Shown: piece after piece, positions 11,000-20,176 of the stretch
How the letters are laid out: every line of letters starts with the position of its first letter
Numbering within the stretch: position 1 is the stretch's first letter
Origin: Cellulomonas sp.
GTDB lineage: Bacteria; Actinomycetota; Actinomycetes; Actinomycetales; Cellulomonadaceae
DNA length: 64,000 nt
Direction of reading: 5' to 3'
NCBI GenBank assembly: GCA_036786355.1
Contig: DAIQRI010000008.1
Coordinates: 1,919-65,918 of the forward strand
Made by a program: the position numbers and the translations under genes
Notes under the pieces: model-generated
Database searches by the model: none
Seen by the model: the letters and a program-made list of their open reading frames with translations, nothing else
Told to the model about the DNA's origin: nothing

Positions 11000-12258
11000 G
11001 TTCGGTGAACCTCGCTCTCCAAATGGTCCAGCCCGCGGGCCAGGTGCTCCAGCCCCGCGTCGTCGGTCGGTGGTGGTCCGTACAGCAGCGCGGCGACGTC
11101 GATCGCGCGCCGGCCGGTGGCCCGCGCGAGCGCGTCGATCACCACATCGGACCCCGCGCTGCGCGGCAGCCCGATGCGCGCCGCCGACCGCGTCGCGACC
11201 CCGGCGCGCAGCGCCGCCGCGGCGTGCCCGTAGGACCGCGAGCGACGGTACAGCCGCCCGCGCCCGCGGGTGGTCTCCGCCGCGCGCACCGTGACCGGCA
11301 GCGGCTCGGTCACCAGCCGCCCGAGCCGGCGCCCGCGCCACAGCCCGGCGACCAGCGCCACGAGCAGCAGCTGGAGCCCCACCGGCCCGGCCCACGGGGG
11401 CAGCAGGTCGCTCACGGCGGGCCCGGCGGCCGGCGCCTTGCCGAAGTCAGCGGTCGACGGCACGTACCAGGTCAGCCGGCGGTGGTGGCCGAGCATCCGC
11501 ACCGCGAGCGCGGCGTTGCCCGCGGAGGCGAGCGTCGCGTTGGTCAGTACGGCCGGGTCGCCCAGCGCGACGACCCGGCGCCCGCCGTCGTCGACGGCCA
11601 GGTACGCCCCGGCGGCCCCGTCGGTCGCGCGGAAGCAGATCGTCGCGGCACTGCCGGTGGCCATGTACCCGGCGCCCGCCGCGAGGATCGACCCGGCGGC
11701 CGAAGCGTCGGGGTCAGCGCACTGCGCGTCGCGTTCGCCCGGCTTGCTCAGCGGTGCGACGTCGGCGACGTCGGCCGCGTCCGTCACGGCGTCCAGCAGG
11801 AGCGGCTGGGGATCGAGCAGGACGAGATCGGCCTTGGTTCGGGCGAGCTCGTGGACCTGATCCTCGCTGAGCAGGAAGCTGTTCGTAATCAGCAGCGTGG
11901 TGCCGGCCTTCGCCGCGGCGCTCGCCTCGCCGGACGTCCGGACGTACGTGACGTCGACCCCTTGCCTGCCGAGGATCTGGGCGAGCGCCCGCGCGCCGCC
12001 CTTGGCGGGGTTGTCCGGCGCGAGCGCGACCCCGGAGGTGCGCGGCTCGGGCAGCACCGAGGCGACCCCGACGAGGCCCACGAGAGCGGCGACCGCGATC
12101 ACCCAGCGCCAGCGGCGCCAGCGGACCTTGGCCCGGGTCGCCGCCGTCGTACCGTCCCCGATGACGACGCCGCCGTCGCGCGGCGCACGCGGGGACGTCT
12201 CGCCGGACGCCCGATCGGGCACGCGGGTGGGCGAGTAGGGCGCGACAGGTGTGCTCAC
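10996..12258 (-). CDS. DUF4350 domain membrane protein
   Basis: It is part of ORF 10996..12939(-), with the start at the GTG at 12258 (VSTPVAPYSP), which overlaps the upstream stop as GTGA. There is an N-terminal TM helix (WRWVIAVAALVGLVGVASVL), a DUF4350-like extracytoplasmic region, and a second TM helix near the C-terminus. The family assignment is from memory. Confidence 0.6.
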   Translation of the reverse strand: MSTPVAPYSPTRVPDRASGETSPRAPRDGGVVIGDGTTAATRAKVRWRRWRWVIAVAALVGLVGVASVLPEPRTSGVALAPDNPAKGGARALAQILGRQGVDVTYVRTSGEASAAAKAGTTLLITNSFLLSEDQVHELARTKADLVLLDPQPLLLDAVTDAADVADVAPLSKPGERDAQCADPDASAAGSILAAGAGYMATGSAATICFRATDGAAGAYLAVDDGGRRVVALGDPAVLTNATLASAGNAALAVRMLGHHRRLTWYVPSTADFGKAPAAGPAVSDLLPPWAGPVGLQLLLVALVAGLWRGRRLGRLVTEPLPVTVRAAETTRGRGRLYRRSRSYGHAAAALRAGVATRSAARIGLPRSAGSDVVIDALARATGRRAIDVAALLYGPPPTDDAGLEHLARGLDHLESEVHRT

Positions 12259-12917
12259 GGCGTGCCGACCAGCGCCTGCACGGTCCGGGCCGCGGGACGC
12301 GTCGCCACCAGGCGCGCGTCCAGCGCACTGAGCCAGGCGTCGGTGTCCTGGCCCGGGGAGGCCTTGCCGTAGCAGACCTCGTCGAAGATCCGCCCGGCCC
12401 TGCGCAGGTCGGTGAGGTGGTCCGGGAGCCGGGTCCCGGCGGCCTCCGCGGCCTCGTGCGCGGTGCGGCCGGGCCGCTCGTCGAGCAGTGCGCGCTCCTC
12501 GAGGGCCCGCACGATCGCGCGGAACCGGTCGAGCACCGCGGCCGGCCAGTCGCCGCGCGCCGCGCTCGCGTCCGCGGCCGCGCGCAGCTCGGTCGAGCTG
12601 CGCGCGTCGTCCCCGAGCACCACGGCGGAGCCGGTCGCCCGCCGGGCCCGCCGTACCGGACCGGCCACCCAGAACGCGATTCCGGCGACGACCAGCGCCA
12701 CGAGCACCACGATCGCGGCGACCTCGCCCGCGCTCAGGCCCAGGTCCGCCGTCGAGGCATTCTCGAACAGTGAGTTGAACCAGTCGTACAGGCGCGCGAG
12801 CAGGCTCCGACCCTGGTGGTAGATCGGGTTCGCCAGCTCGTCGGTGGCCCACCGGCGCGCCGTCGAGGCGTCCGGCACCACCGGGACGTCGAGGAGCTCC
12901 CGCGCGAGCGCCGTCAC
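12255..12917 (-). CDS. DUF4129 domain membrane protein
   Basis: The 220-aa ORF has a central TM helix (VAAIVVLVALVVAGIAFWVAGPV) and a C-terminal DUF4129-like segment (RTAHEAAEAAGTRLPDHLTDLRRAGRIFDEVCYG). The GTG start at 12917 overlaps the upstream stop as GTGA. Confidence 0.6.
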   Translation of the reverse strand: MTALARELLDVPVVPDASTARRWATDELANPIYHQGRSLLARLYDWFNSLFENASTADLGLSAGEVAAIVVLVALVVAGIAFWVAGPVRRARRATGSAVVLGDDARSSTELRAAADASAARGDWPAAVLDRFRAIVRALEERALLDERPGRTAHEAAEAAGTRLPDHLTDLRRAGRIFDEVCYGKASPGQDTDAWLSALDARLVATRPAARTVQALVGTP

Positions 12918-14071
12918 GCCGCGCTCTCACCCGCCGCACGGGCCAGCTCGACGTCGAGGCCCTCCCGGCGCATCCGGACGTCGATGTACAGCAGCGCGAC
13001 GACGCCCGAGAGGAAGACCGTGGTGAGCGTCAGCCCGATGATGTTCGCGACCCCCAGCAGGGCGAGGCTCACGAACGAGGTGGGGTCATGGATCGCGAGG
13101 CCCACGATGAGGGTGGCCGGCGACTGGATCAGTGCGACGACGATGCTGACCATGATCGAGGTCAGCAGGTAGATCCCGAGCAGGCGCCAGAAGCTGCCGC
13201 GGGTGAGCCGCCAGCCGCGCTTGATCGCCGAGCCGAGCCCCGCGCCCTCGAGCATGATCGCGGGCGAGATCAGCAGGGTGCGGATGCCGAGCCAGATGCC
13301 GCCCACGAAGAGCGCGAGGGCGCCCAGCACCCCCACCACGACCGCGAGGGCCTGCGCGTTGTGCGTTGCGGCCAGCACGACGACGCCGACCAGCGCGGCG
13401 AAGACGATCAGTTCCGCGAGCGCGAGGCCGACGGTGAACGCGACCACCAGCGCGACGCGGCCGCGGTACCCGCGCCACACCTCGGCGAGGGTCACCGACT
13501 GCCCCAGCACCGAGCGGCTCACCGAGACGATGAGCAGGCCGGTGAGGACGGTGGTGGCCACCGAGGTCGCGGGCACGGCCAGGATCTGGGCGGCGGCCGG
13601 GCCGAGCTGGTCGGCGACTCCGAGTTTGCCGGTCGGGTCCAGGGTGGTCGTCAGGTCCCCGAGCGAGCCGGAGATCAGCCCGCCGACGTACCACTGGAAC
13701 ACCGTCTCGAGCGCGACCGTGATCGCCACGACCACGGCGGTGAGGCCGAACATGACCCGCGGGTTGGCCCGGATGGCGCGGAACGCGCCGTCGAGGATCT
13801 CGCCGAGGCCGAGTGGGCGAAGGGGGATGATCCCGGGCTGCGCGGCCGGCGCCCGGTACACCGGCTGCTGGCCGTAGCCGGGCGAGCTCCCATAGCCGTA
13901 CGCGGCCGGCGGCGGTGGTGGCGGGGAGGTCGGTGGGGCGATCGGTGGCGGCAGGACCGGTGCCGGTGCCGGGCTGTCGGCCGGCTGCCACGACGGACCG
14001 CCCGTCGGCGAGGCCCAGCCGGGCGTCGTGGGAGTGTCGTCAGGGCTTGTCATCGTGCGCTGCTCCCTCAT
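12914..14071 (-). CDS. Polytopic membrane protein with a Pro-rich N-terminus (glycerophosphodiester-phosphodiesterase-membrane-domain-like)
   Basis: The 385-aa ORF begins with a Pro/Gly/Tyr-rich N-terminus, then PLGLGEILDGAFRAIRANPRVMFG and 5-6 hydrophobic helices. It is the first gene of the coupled operon. An alternative start lies at 14053 (MTSPDD). Confidence 0.6.
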   Translation of the reverse strand: MREQRTMTSPDDTPTTPGWASPTGGPSWQPADSPAPAPVLPPPIAPPTSPPPPPPAAYGYGSSPGYGQQPVYRAPAAQPGIIPLRPLGLGEILDGAFRAIRANPRVMFGLTAVVVAITVALETVFQWYVGGLISGSLGDLTTTLDPTGKLGVADQLGPAAAQILAVPATSVATTVLTGLLIVSVSRSVLGQSVTLAEVWRGYRGRVALVVAFTVGLALAELIVFAALVGVVVLAATHNAQALAVVVGVLGALALFVGGIWLGIRTLLISPAIMLEGAGLGSAIKRGWRLTRGSFWRLLGIYLLTSIMVSIVVALIQSPATLIVGLAIHDPTSFVSLALLGVANIIGLTLTTVFLSGVVALLYIDVRMRREGLDVELARAAGESAA

Positions 14072-14216
14072 GATCGCGCGGCGCGGCGCGGGGCCGCTGC
14101 GGCGACCCCCATCGTGCCATGCGCGGACCCGTCCCGAAGGGCTTCGCGAGCGACCTCCGGGACCTCATCGAGCGGGCTCGCACCTGCTCGAACGCACAAG
14201 ATGACACGATGGGGTC

Positions 14217-14900
14217 ATGAAGGGTCGAGTGCTGGTGGTCGACGACGATGTCGCGCTCTCCGAGATGATCGGAATCGTCCTGCGGTCGGAGGGTTTTGAG
14301 CCGTTCTTCTGCGCGGACGGTGACCAGGCGCTGGCGGCCTTCCGCAGCACCACCCCGGACCTCGTGCTGCTCGACCTCATGCTGCCCGGCAAGGACGGCA
14401 TCGAGGTGTGCTCGCTGATCCGTGCCGAGTCCGGGGTCCCGATCGTGATGCTCACCGCGAAGAGCGACTCGGTCGATGTGGTCCTCGGACTGGAGTCCGG
14501 GGCGGACGACTACATCTCCAAGCCGTTCAAGCCCAAGGAACTCGTCGCGCGGGTGCGCGCCCGGCTGCGGCGCAGCGACGAGATCACCCCTGAGCACCTG
14601 GCGATCGGCGACCTCGAGGTCGACGTCACCGGCCACCGCGTGACCCGCGGCGACGTCCCGATCTCGCTGACCCCGCTCGAGTTCGACCTCCTGGTCGCCC
14701 TGGCTCGCAAGCCGTGGCAGGTCTTCACGCGTGAGGTGCTGCTCGAACGGGTCTGGGGCTATCGGCACGCCGCGGACACCCGGCTGGTGAACGTGCACGT
14801 CCAGCGGCTTCGCTCGAAGGTCGAGGCCGACCCGGAGCGACCGGAGATCGTGGTGACCGTGCGTGGCGTCGGCTACAAGGCGGGCGCGACTTCCCGGTGA
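14217..14900 (+). CDS. mtrA: OmpR-family response regulator MtrA
   Basis: The 227-aa ORF is near-collinear with actinobacterial MtrA (VLVVDDD...LDLMLPGKDGIEVC...MLTAKSDSVDVVLGLESGADDYISKPFKPKELVARVRARLRR). It is followed by mtrB and lpqB. Confidence 0.95.
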   Translation: MKGRVLVVDDDVALSEMIGIVLRSEGFEPFFCADGDQALAAFRSTTPDLVLLDLMLPGKDGIEVCSLIRAESGVPIVMLTAKSDSVDVVLGLESGADDYISKPFKPKELVARVRARLRRSDEITPEHLAIGDLEVDVTGHRVTRGDVPISLTPLEFDLLVALARKPWQVFTREVLLERVWGYRHAADTRLVNVHVQRLRSKVEADPERPEIVVTVRGVGYKAGATSR

Positions 14901-16579
14901 GCCGGTTCTGGCGCCGCACCCGCGTCCGCGTCATGCTGGCGTCGCGGGCGCTGGCCCGCGGCTGGCGCACGTCTCTGCAGGTCCGGGTCATCACCTCGAC
15001 CCTCGTCCTCGGTTTCGTGACGGTCCTCGCGCTCGGCGGCTACCTGTCCGACCGGATTCGCGACGGCATGTTCAACCAGCGGCTCGAGGAGATCCTCGAC
15101 GAGAGCGCGCGCTCGACCCGGCAGGCCCAGGACACCTTCGACGCGGCTCCCGCGAACACCCAGCTGCAGCAGCTGTTCGTCGACCTCGTGCAGGCGCTGC
15201 AGGTCGGCGGGACCGGGCAGCGCGACGTGTTCATCCAGCGTCCGGCCAACTCCGCCGGTGCGGGCGCGTCGGTGTTCGTCAGCCCGGTCGTCTCCGACGA
15301 GCGGCTCGTCCCGCTGATCAGCGACGAGCTGCGGCGCAAGGTCTCCGAGGGCAAGGGGCAGCGCTGGCAGTCGGTCGCGATCCCGGTCGGCAGCCCCGTC
15401 GGCTCGAAGGTGGAGCCCGGGTTGATGGTCGGTTCGACGGTCGGCGTGCCCGGTACCGGCTCCTACGACCTGTACTACCTGTACTCCCTCGCCCCGCAGC
15501 AGGAGACCCTCGACCTGCTACAGCGCACCCTCGCGATCGGCGCCTTCACGCTCGTGGCGCTGCTGGGGGCGATGACCTGGCTGGTCACCCGCCAGACCGT
15601 GCTCCCAGTGCGCATCGCGGCCCGGGTCGCCGAGCGCCTCGCCGACGGGCACCTCACCGAGCGGATGACGGTGCGGGGCCAGGACGAGATGGCGACCCTC
15701 GCCCGCTCGTTCAACGAGATGGCCGAGTCGCTCGGCGTGCAGCTGAACCGCATGGAGGAGCTCTCCGCGCTGCAGCGCCGGTTCGTCGCGGACGTCTCGC
15801 ACGAGCTGCGCACCCCGCTCACCACGATCCGGATGGCCGGGGAGGTCCTGCACGGCGCGCGGGACGGCTTCGACCCGGCGATCAAGCGGTCCGCCGAGCT
15901 GCTCACCCAACAGCTCGACAGGTTCGAGGACCTGCTCGCCGACCTGCTCGAGATCAGCCGGTTCGACGCCGGCGCCGCCATGCTCGACGCCGAGGGCCAA
16001 GACGTGCGCGACGTCGTCGCCGCCGCCGTCGAGCAGGCGATGCCGCTCGCGGTGAACAAGGGGTCCTGGGTGCACGTGACGATGCCCGACACGCGCTGCA
16101 CCGCCGACATCGACCCGCGCCGGGTCGAGCGCATCCTGCGGAACCTGCTGGTGAACGCCATCGAGCACGCCGAGGGCAGCAGCGTCGAGGTGACGGTCGC
16201 CGCGAACACGCGCGCGGTCGCGGTGACGGTGCGCGACCGGGGCGTCGGCATGACCCAGGACGAGGCCGAGCACGTGTTCGACCGGTTCTGGCGCGCGGAC
16301 CCCGCGCGCGCCCGCACGATGGGCGGCACCGGGCTGGGCCTGGCGATCTCGCTCGAGGACGCCCACCTGCACGGCGGCTGGCTCGAGGCGTGGGGGCGGC
16401 CCGGGCGCGGCGCCTGCTTCCGGCTCACCCTGCCGCGTCGCGCCGGGATCCAGCTCTCGGCCTCCCCGCTCCCGCTGGTGCCCGCGCCCGACGAGGTCCT
16501 GCCCGACGTCGGCCCGCCGCGTCGCGGGACGTCCGACCCGGCCGGCCTGCCGGTTCTCGACCACCTGGAGAACCGATGA
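14897..16579 (+). CDS. mtrB: Sensor histidine kinase MtrB
   Basis: The 560-aa ORF has two TM helices, a HAMP domain, the H-box (FVADVSHELRTPLT), an N-box and a G-box (GGTGLGLAI). Its start overlaps the mtrA stop by 4 nt. Confidence 0.9.
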   Translation: MSRFWRRTRVRVMLASRALARGWRTSLQVRVITSTLVLGFVTVLALGGYLSDRIRDGMFNQRLEEILDESARSTRQAQDTFDAAPANTQLQQLFVDLVQALQVGGTGQRDVFIQRPANSAGAGASVFVSPVVSDERLVPLISDELRRKVSEGKGQRWQSVAIPVGSPVGSKVEPGLMVGSTVGVPGTGSYDLYYLYSLAPQQETLDLLQRTLAIGAFTLVALLGAMTWLVTRQTVLPVRIAARVAERLADGHLTERMTVRGQDEMATLARSFNEMAESLGVQLNRMEELSALQRRFVADVSHELRTPLTTIRMAGEVLHGARDGFDPAIKRSAELLTQQLDRFEDLLADLLEISRFDAGAAMLDAEGQDVRDVVAAAVEQAMPLAVNKGSWVHVTMPDTRCTADIDPRRVERILRNLLVNAIEHAEGSSVEVTVAANTRAVAVTVRDRGVGMTQDEAEHVFDRFWRADPARARTMGGTGLGLAISLEDAHLHGGWLEAWGRPGRGACFRLTLPRRAGIQLSASPLPLVPAPDEVLPDVGPPRRGTSDPAGLPVLDHLENR

Positions 16580-18261
16580 CCGCCCGCCGGGCGCGGCTCG
16601 GCCGGGGGCTGGGTGCGGTGCTGGTGGCGCTGGCGCTCGCGGGTTGCGCGGCGCTGCCGATGTCGGGTCCCGTCGGTAACGGTGACGGTGCGGTCGACGA
16701 GCCCGGCTCGGTGTTCCCGCTCGCGTACAGCCCGGCGTCGGACGCGGAGCCGCAGGCCATCGTGCAGGGCTTCCTCGCGGCGGGTGCAGCCGGGCTCGGC
16801 GACAACTACGCCGTCGCGCGGCAGTACCTCGGCGGGAAGGCACGCACCTCGTGGCAGCCCACCCAGGGCGTCGTCGTCTACTCGGTGGCGGGCACGCTCA
16901 CCTTCCGCAAGAGCGGCGTGAACCAGGTGAGCGTCTCGCTGCCGGTGGTCGCGACGGTCGACGCCGACGGGCGCTACACGGAGAGCTCGCCGGGCGCGCG
17001 GCAGGATGCCGCCTTCGACCTCGTGAAGAGCGCTGCCGGCCAGTGGCGGATCTCCGGCCTGGACGACGGCGTGCTGCTCTCCGAGCCGATCTTCAACTCC
17101 GTGTACCGGGCCACGCCGCTGTACTTCCTGACCCCGGCCCGCGACATGCTCGTGCCCGAGGTGCGCTGGTTCCCGCAGCGCAACGCGGCGGCCTACGCGG
17201 TGCGCGCCCTGCTGGAGGGCCCCTCGCCGTGGCTCCGCGACGCCGTGACCACGGCGTTCCCGGAGGGCACCCGGCTCGCGGTGGAGTCGGTCCCGATCGA
17301 CGCCGCGGGCACCGCGACCGTGGACCTGACCGCGGCGGTGGCCTCCGCGGGCGCCACGGACCGCGCGCTGCTCAAGGCGCAGCTGGCCCAGGTGCTCCGG
17401 CTCAGCCGGATCCGCGCGGTGAACGTGACGATCGCCGGACTGCCGATGCCGGACCCGGCGGCCAAGGTGGTGGCGCGCGACCCGGCGCCGTCGGGCAACC
17501 TCGAGCTGCTCAGCGGCGGACGGCTGCTGCGGCTCTCCGGCAGCGCGCTGCAGCCCGTGAAGACGGTCGGCCCGTTGGCGGGTCTGAACCCCCGGAACCC
17601 CGCGAGCGGCGCGAACGGCGTGCCGCAGGTCGCGCTGGCCGGACCGGACCGGCTCGTGGTCGCCCAGCAGGGTCGCCGGATACGCACGCTGCTGCGGGGC
17701 GAGCACCTGCTCGCGCCGTCCGTCGACCGGCTCGGCTGGGTGTGGTCCGGACCCTCGATCGGCCCGGGCGAGCTCACCGTCGCCCGCGCGGACGGCACGG
17801 TCCTGGTGGTCGACGTCGACTGGCTCGAGGGACGCGAGATCCGCTCGATCCGGGTCTCCCGGGACGGCACCCGGATCGCGGTCGTCTCGACCGGTCCGGA
17901 CGGGCCGACGGTCGACCTCGCCGGCATCGTCCGGGACGACTCCGGCACGCCGCAGCGCCTCGGCGAGCGTGTGCGGGTCGGGGCCAGGCTGACCGATGCC
18001 ACCCGCGTCGTGTGGGTCGACGAGGCGACCCTCGCCGTGCTGGGCACGAGCGGCGCCATGACCGGCCCGACCATGCACCTGGTGCCCATCACCGGGCGCA
18101 CCACGGCGCTTCCGCCCGTCGAGGGTGCGGTGTCGATCGCGGCGGGCAAGGGCGAGCGGACGCTGTATCTCGGCACCGCGGACCGGGTGCTGTTCACCTT
18201 GCAGGGCACGAGCTGGGTCAAGGTCGCGATGAACGTGACCGACCCCACCTTCCCGGGCTGA
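16576..18261 (+). CDS. lpqB: Lipoprotein LpqB (MtrAB-associated)
   Basis: It is in frame within ORF 14863..18261(+). The ATG at 16576 overlaps the mtrB stop as ATGA. A lipobox is present (LALAGCAALP). The position after mtrB is conserved. Confidence 0.9.
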   Translation: MTARRARLGRGLGAVLVALALAGCAALPMSGPVGNGDGAVDEPGSVFPLAYSPASDAEPQAIVQGFLAAGAAGLGDNYAVARQYLGGKARTSWQPTQGVVVYSVAGTLTFRKSGVNQVSVSLPVVATVDADGRYTESSPGARQDAAFDLVKSAAGQWRISGLDDGVLLSEPIFNSVYRATPLYFLTPARDMLVPEVRWFPQRNAAAYAVRALLEGPSPWLRDAVTTAFPEGTRLAVESVPIDAAGTATVDLTAAVASAGATDRALLKAQLAQVLRLSRIRAVNVTIAGLPMPDPAAKVVARDPAPSGNLELLSGGRLLRLSGSALQPVKTVGPLAGLNPRNPASGANGVPQVALAGPDRLVVAQQGRRIRTLLRGEHLLAPSVDRLGWVWSGPSIGPGELTVARADGTVLVVDVDWLEGREIRSIRVSRDGTRIAVVSTGPDGPTVDLAGIVRDDSGTPQRLGERVRVGARLTDATRVVWVDEATLAVLGTSGAMTGPTMHLVPITGRTTALPPVEGAVSIAAGKGERTLYLGTADRVLFTLQGTSWVKVAMNVTDPTFPG

Positions 18262-18376
18262 CACCTCCTCCACAGCCGGTCCCGCGCGGCGCCCGACGGC
18301 GGGCGAGTTCGGCGGATACTCACCCGGCGGTGCGCGGGCGCGAGCAGGGCCGTGCGGCGTGGGCAGGGGGTGAGTC

Positions 18377-19195
18377 GTGAGCGGGGCAGCGGCAGCGGGT
18401 GGGGCGCCGGATCGGCGCGCCGGTCCGGCGGCGCGCACGCGGGCGCTCGCGGCCGCGGCGCGGGACCTGGCCCGGCTCGTGCTGCCGGTCGAGTGCGCGG
18501 GCTGCGGGACGCTCGACGTCGTGCTGTGCACCCGGTGCGCCGCCCTGCTGACCGGCGCGCCGTGGCGCTGCGAGGCGTCCGCGCCCCGGCTGGACCCGAT
18601 GGACGGGCGGCTTCCGCTCCCGGTCTGGGCGCTCACCGCGTATACCGGGGCGGTGCGCGAGCTCGTCGTCGCGTGGAAGGACCGCGGGCGCGCCGACCTC
18701 ACCGGCATCCTCACCGGTGCGCTCGCCGCCGGGGCGACCGACGTCGCGCACGTGCTGCTCGGTGCGCGCCTCGCGCCGCTGCCGCTGCTCGTGGTGCCGG
18801 CCCCGTCCGCCGCCCGGGCCCGACGCCGGCGCGGCGCTGACCTGGTCGGTCTGCTGGCCCTCGCGGTGGCGGGGTCGTGCGAGCAGGCGGGCCTGCCGGC
18901 CCGCGCGGCACTGGTGCTCGCCCAACGGCGCGGGATGCGTGACCAGGTCGGGCTCGGTGCCCGCGCGCGCGGCCGGAACCTCGGTGGTGGCATCCGGTGG
19001 CGCGCGGGGGCCGCCGGCCCCGTTCCGGGCCAACCGGTGCTGCTGGTCGACGACGTGCTCACCACCGGTTCGACCCTTGCGGCGTGCGAGCGCGGCGCCC
19101 GGGAGGCGGGCGGCGTCGTCGTCGGCGCGCTCACGCTCGCGGTCACCCCGCCACCGGGCGGTTTTCGCTCGCAACGGCCGTCCGGGATCGAATGA
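18377..19195 (+). CDS. ComF-family phosphoribosyltransferase-domain protein
   Basis: The 272-aa ORF has N-terminal Cys pairs (ECAGCGTLDVVLCTRC) and a C-terminal PRTase motif (VLLVDDVLTTGSTL). Confidence 0.8.
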   Translation: MSGAAAAGGAPDRRAGPAARTRALAAAARDLARLVLPVECAGCGTLDVVLCTRCAALLTGAPWRCEASAPRLDPMDGRLPLPVWALTAYTGAVRELVVAWKDRGRADLTGILTGALAAGATDVAHVLLGARLAPLPLLVVPAPSAARARRRRGADLVGLLALAVAGSCEQAGLPARAALVLAQRRGMRDQVGLGARARGRNLGGGIRWRAGAAGPVPGQPVLLVDDVLTTGSTLAACERGAREAGGVVVGALTLAVTPPPGGFRSQRPSGIE

Positions 19196-19466
19196 CACCG
19201 ATGAACGGACGGCATCTGCCGGGAAAACAGGGGGTGATTCCTGGGTTCAGCCGGATGGCCGAGCCATTCGTTGGAGGCACGCTCACGGGAGGGTTACGGT
19301 TGAGGCAAGGTCGTGACAAGGACCGCTGTACCGGGATCGTGACTGACCTGCCGGAGGCCCTTGTGATGGCTGTGGGAGGAGGTGTGGCCGTACCGCCCTG
19401 CGGGGCGGAATCGCACGTCCATCTGGCGGCCAGGAAATGTGCCGCCAAAGATTTCCGGAGGTCCGC

Positions 19467-20108
19467 ATGGAGATCGTCGTCGTTGGTCGGCATACCGAAC
19501 TGCCTGAGAAGTTCCGTCTGCACGTGGAAGACAAGCTCGCCAAGATCGGTCAGCTGGCGCCCACCGCGCAGCGGGTCGACGTCGAGGTCACCCACGAGAA
19601 GAACCCACGGCTATCCGGCATCTCCGAACGGGTAGAGCTCACAGTGCGCGACAAGGGTCCTGTCGTGAGGGCCGAGGCTTCGGCGGACGACTGGTACGCC
19701 GCGCTCGACCTCGCGACCACCAAGCTCCTGGAACGGCTGCGCCGATCGCGCGACCGTCGCAAGGACCACCGCAACAACACCCCCCTCGCACCCGTGGACG
19801 TGCGCCCACCGGCGCCACTTCCCCCCGTCCTGCCCGCACCGGTGCGCGGCGAGGCGGTCGAGCACACGCTCGGCGACTCACCCGTCGTGATCCGCGAGAA
19901 GGTGCACGAGGCGACGCCGATGACGGTGGACGACGCCCTGTACGAGATGGAGATGGTCGGGCACGACTTCTTCCTGTTCATCGACGCCGAGACGGCGCAG
20001 CCGTCGGTCGCCTACCGGCGGCACGGCTGGAGCTACGGCGTGATCAAGCTCGACAACTCGGTGACGAGGTCCGGCGCCTCGAACGCCGGTCACCGGATCG
20101 CAGGCTAA
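19467..20108 (+). CDS. hpf: Ribosome hibernation promoting factor, long form (HPF)
   Basis: The start is the ATG at 19467, after GGAGG (MEIVVVGRHTELPEKFRLHVEDKL). The C-terminal dimerisation domain is present (MTVDDALYEMEMVGHDFFLFIDAETAQPSVAYRRHGWSYGVIKL). Confidence 0.9.
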   Translation: MEIVVVGRHTELPEKFRLHVEDKLAKIGQLAPTAQRVDVEVTHEKNPRLSGISERVELTVRDKGPVVRAEASADDWYAALDLATTKLLERLRRSRDRRKDHRNNTPLAPVDVRPPAPLPPVLPAPVRGEAVEHTLGDSPVVIREKVHEATPMTVDDALYEMEMVGHDFFLFIDAETAQPSVAYRRHGWSYGVIKLDNSVTRSGASNAGHRIAG

Positions 20109-20176
20109 GCCCGCCGAGCGCGCGACCGACGCGCGCGGGGACGGCACTGTCGGTGCGGGGCGGGAGGATGGGCACC

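Noticed and set aside
15475-19215. 1246-aa ORF on the minus strand spanning mtrB, lpqB and the ComF-like gene
   Set aside because: It is antisense to three well-supported genes. Its composition is extremely Arg/Ala/Pro/Ser/Gly-rich with no recognisable domain. This is a typical open antisense frame of a high-GC genome.
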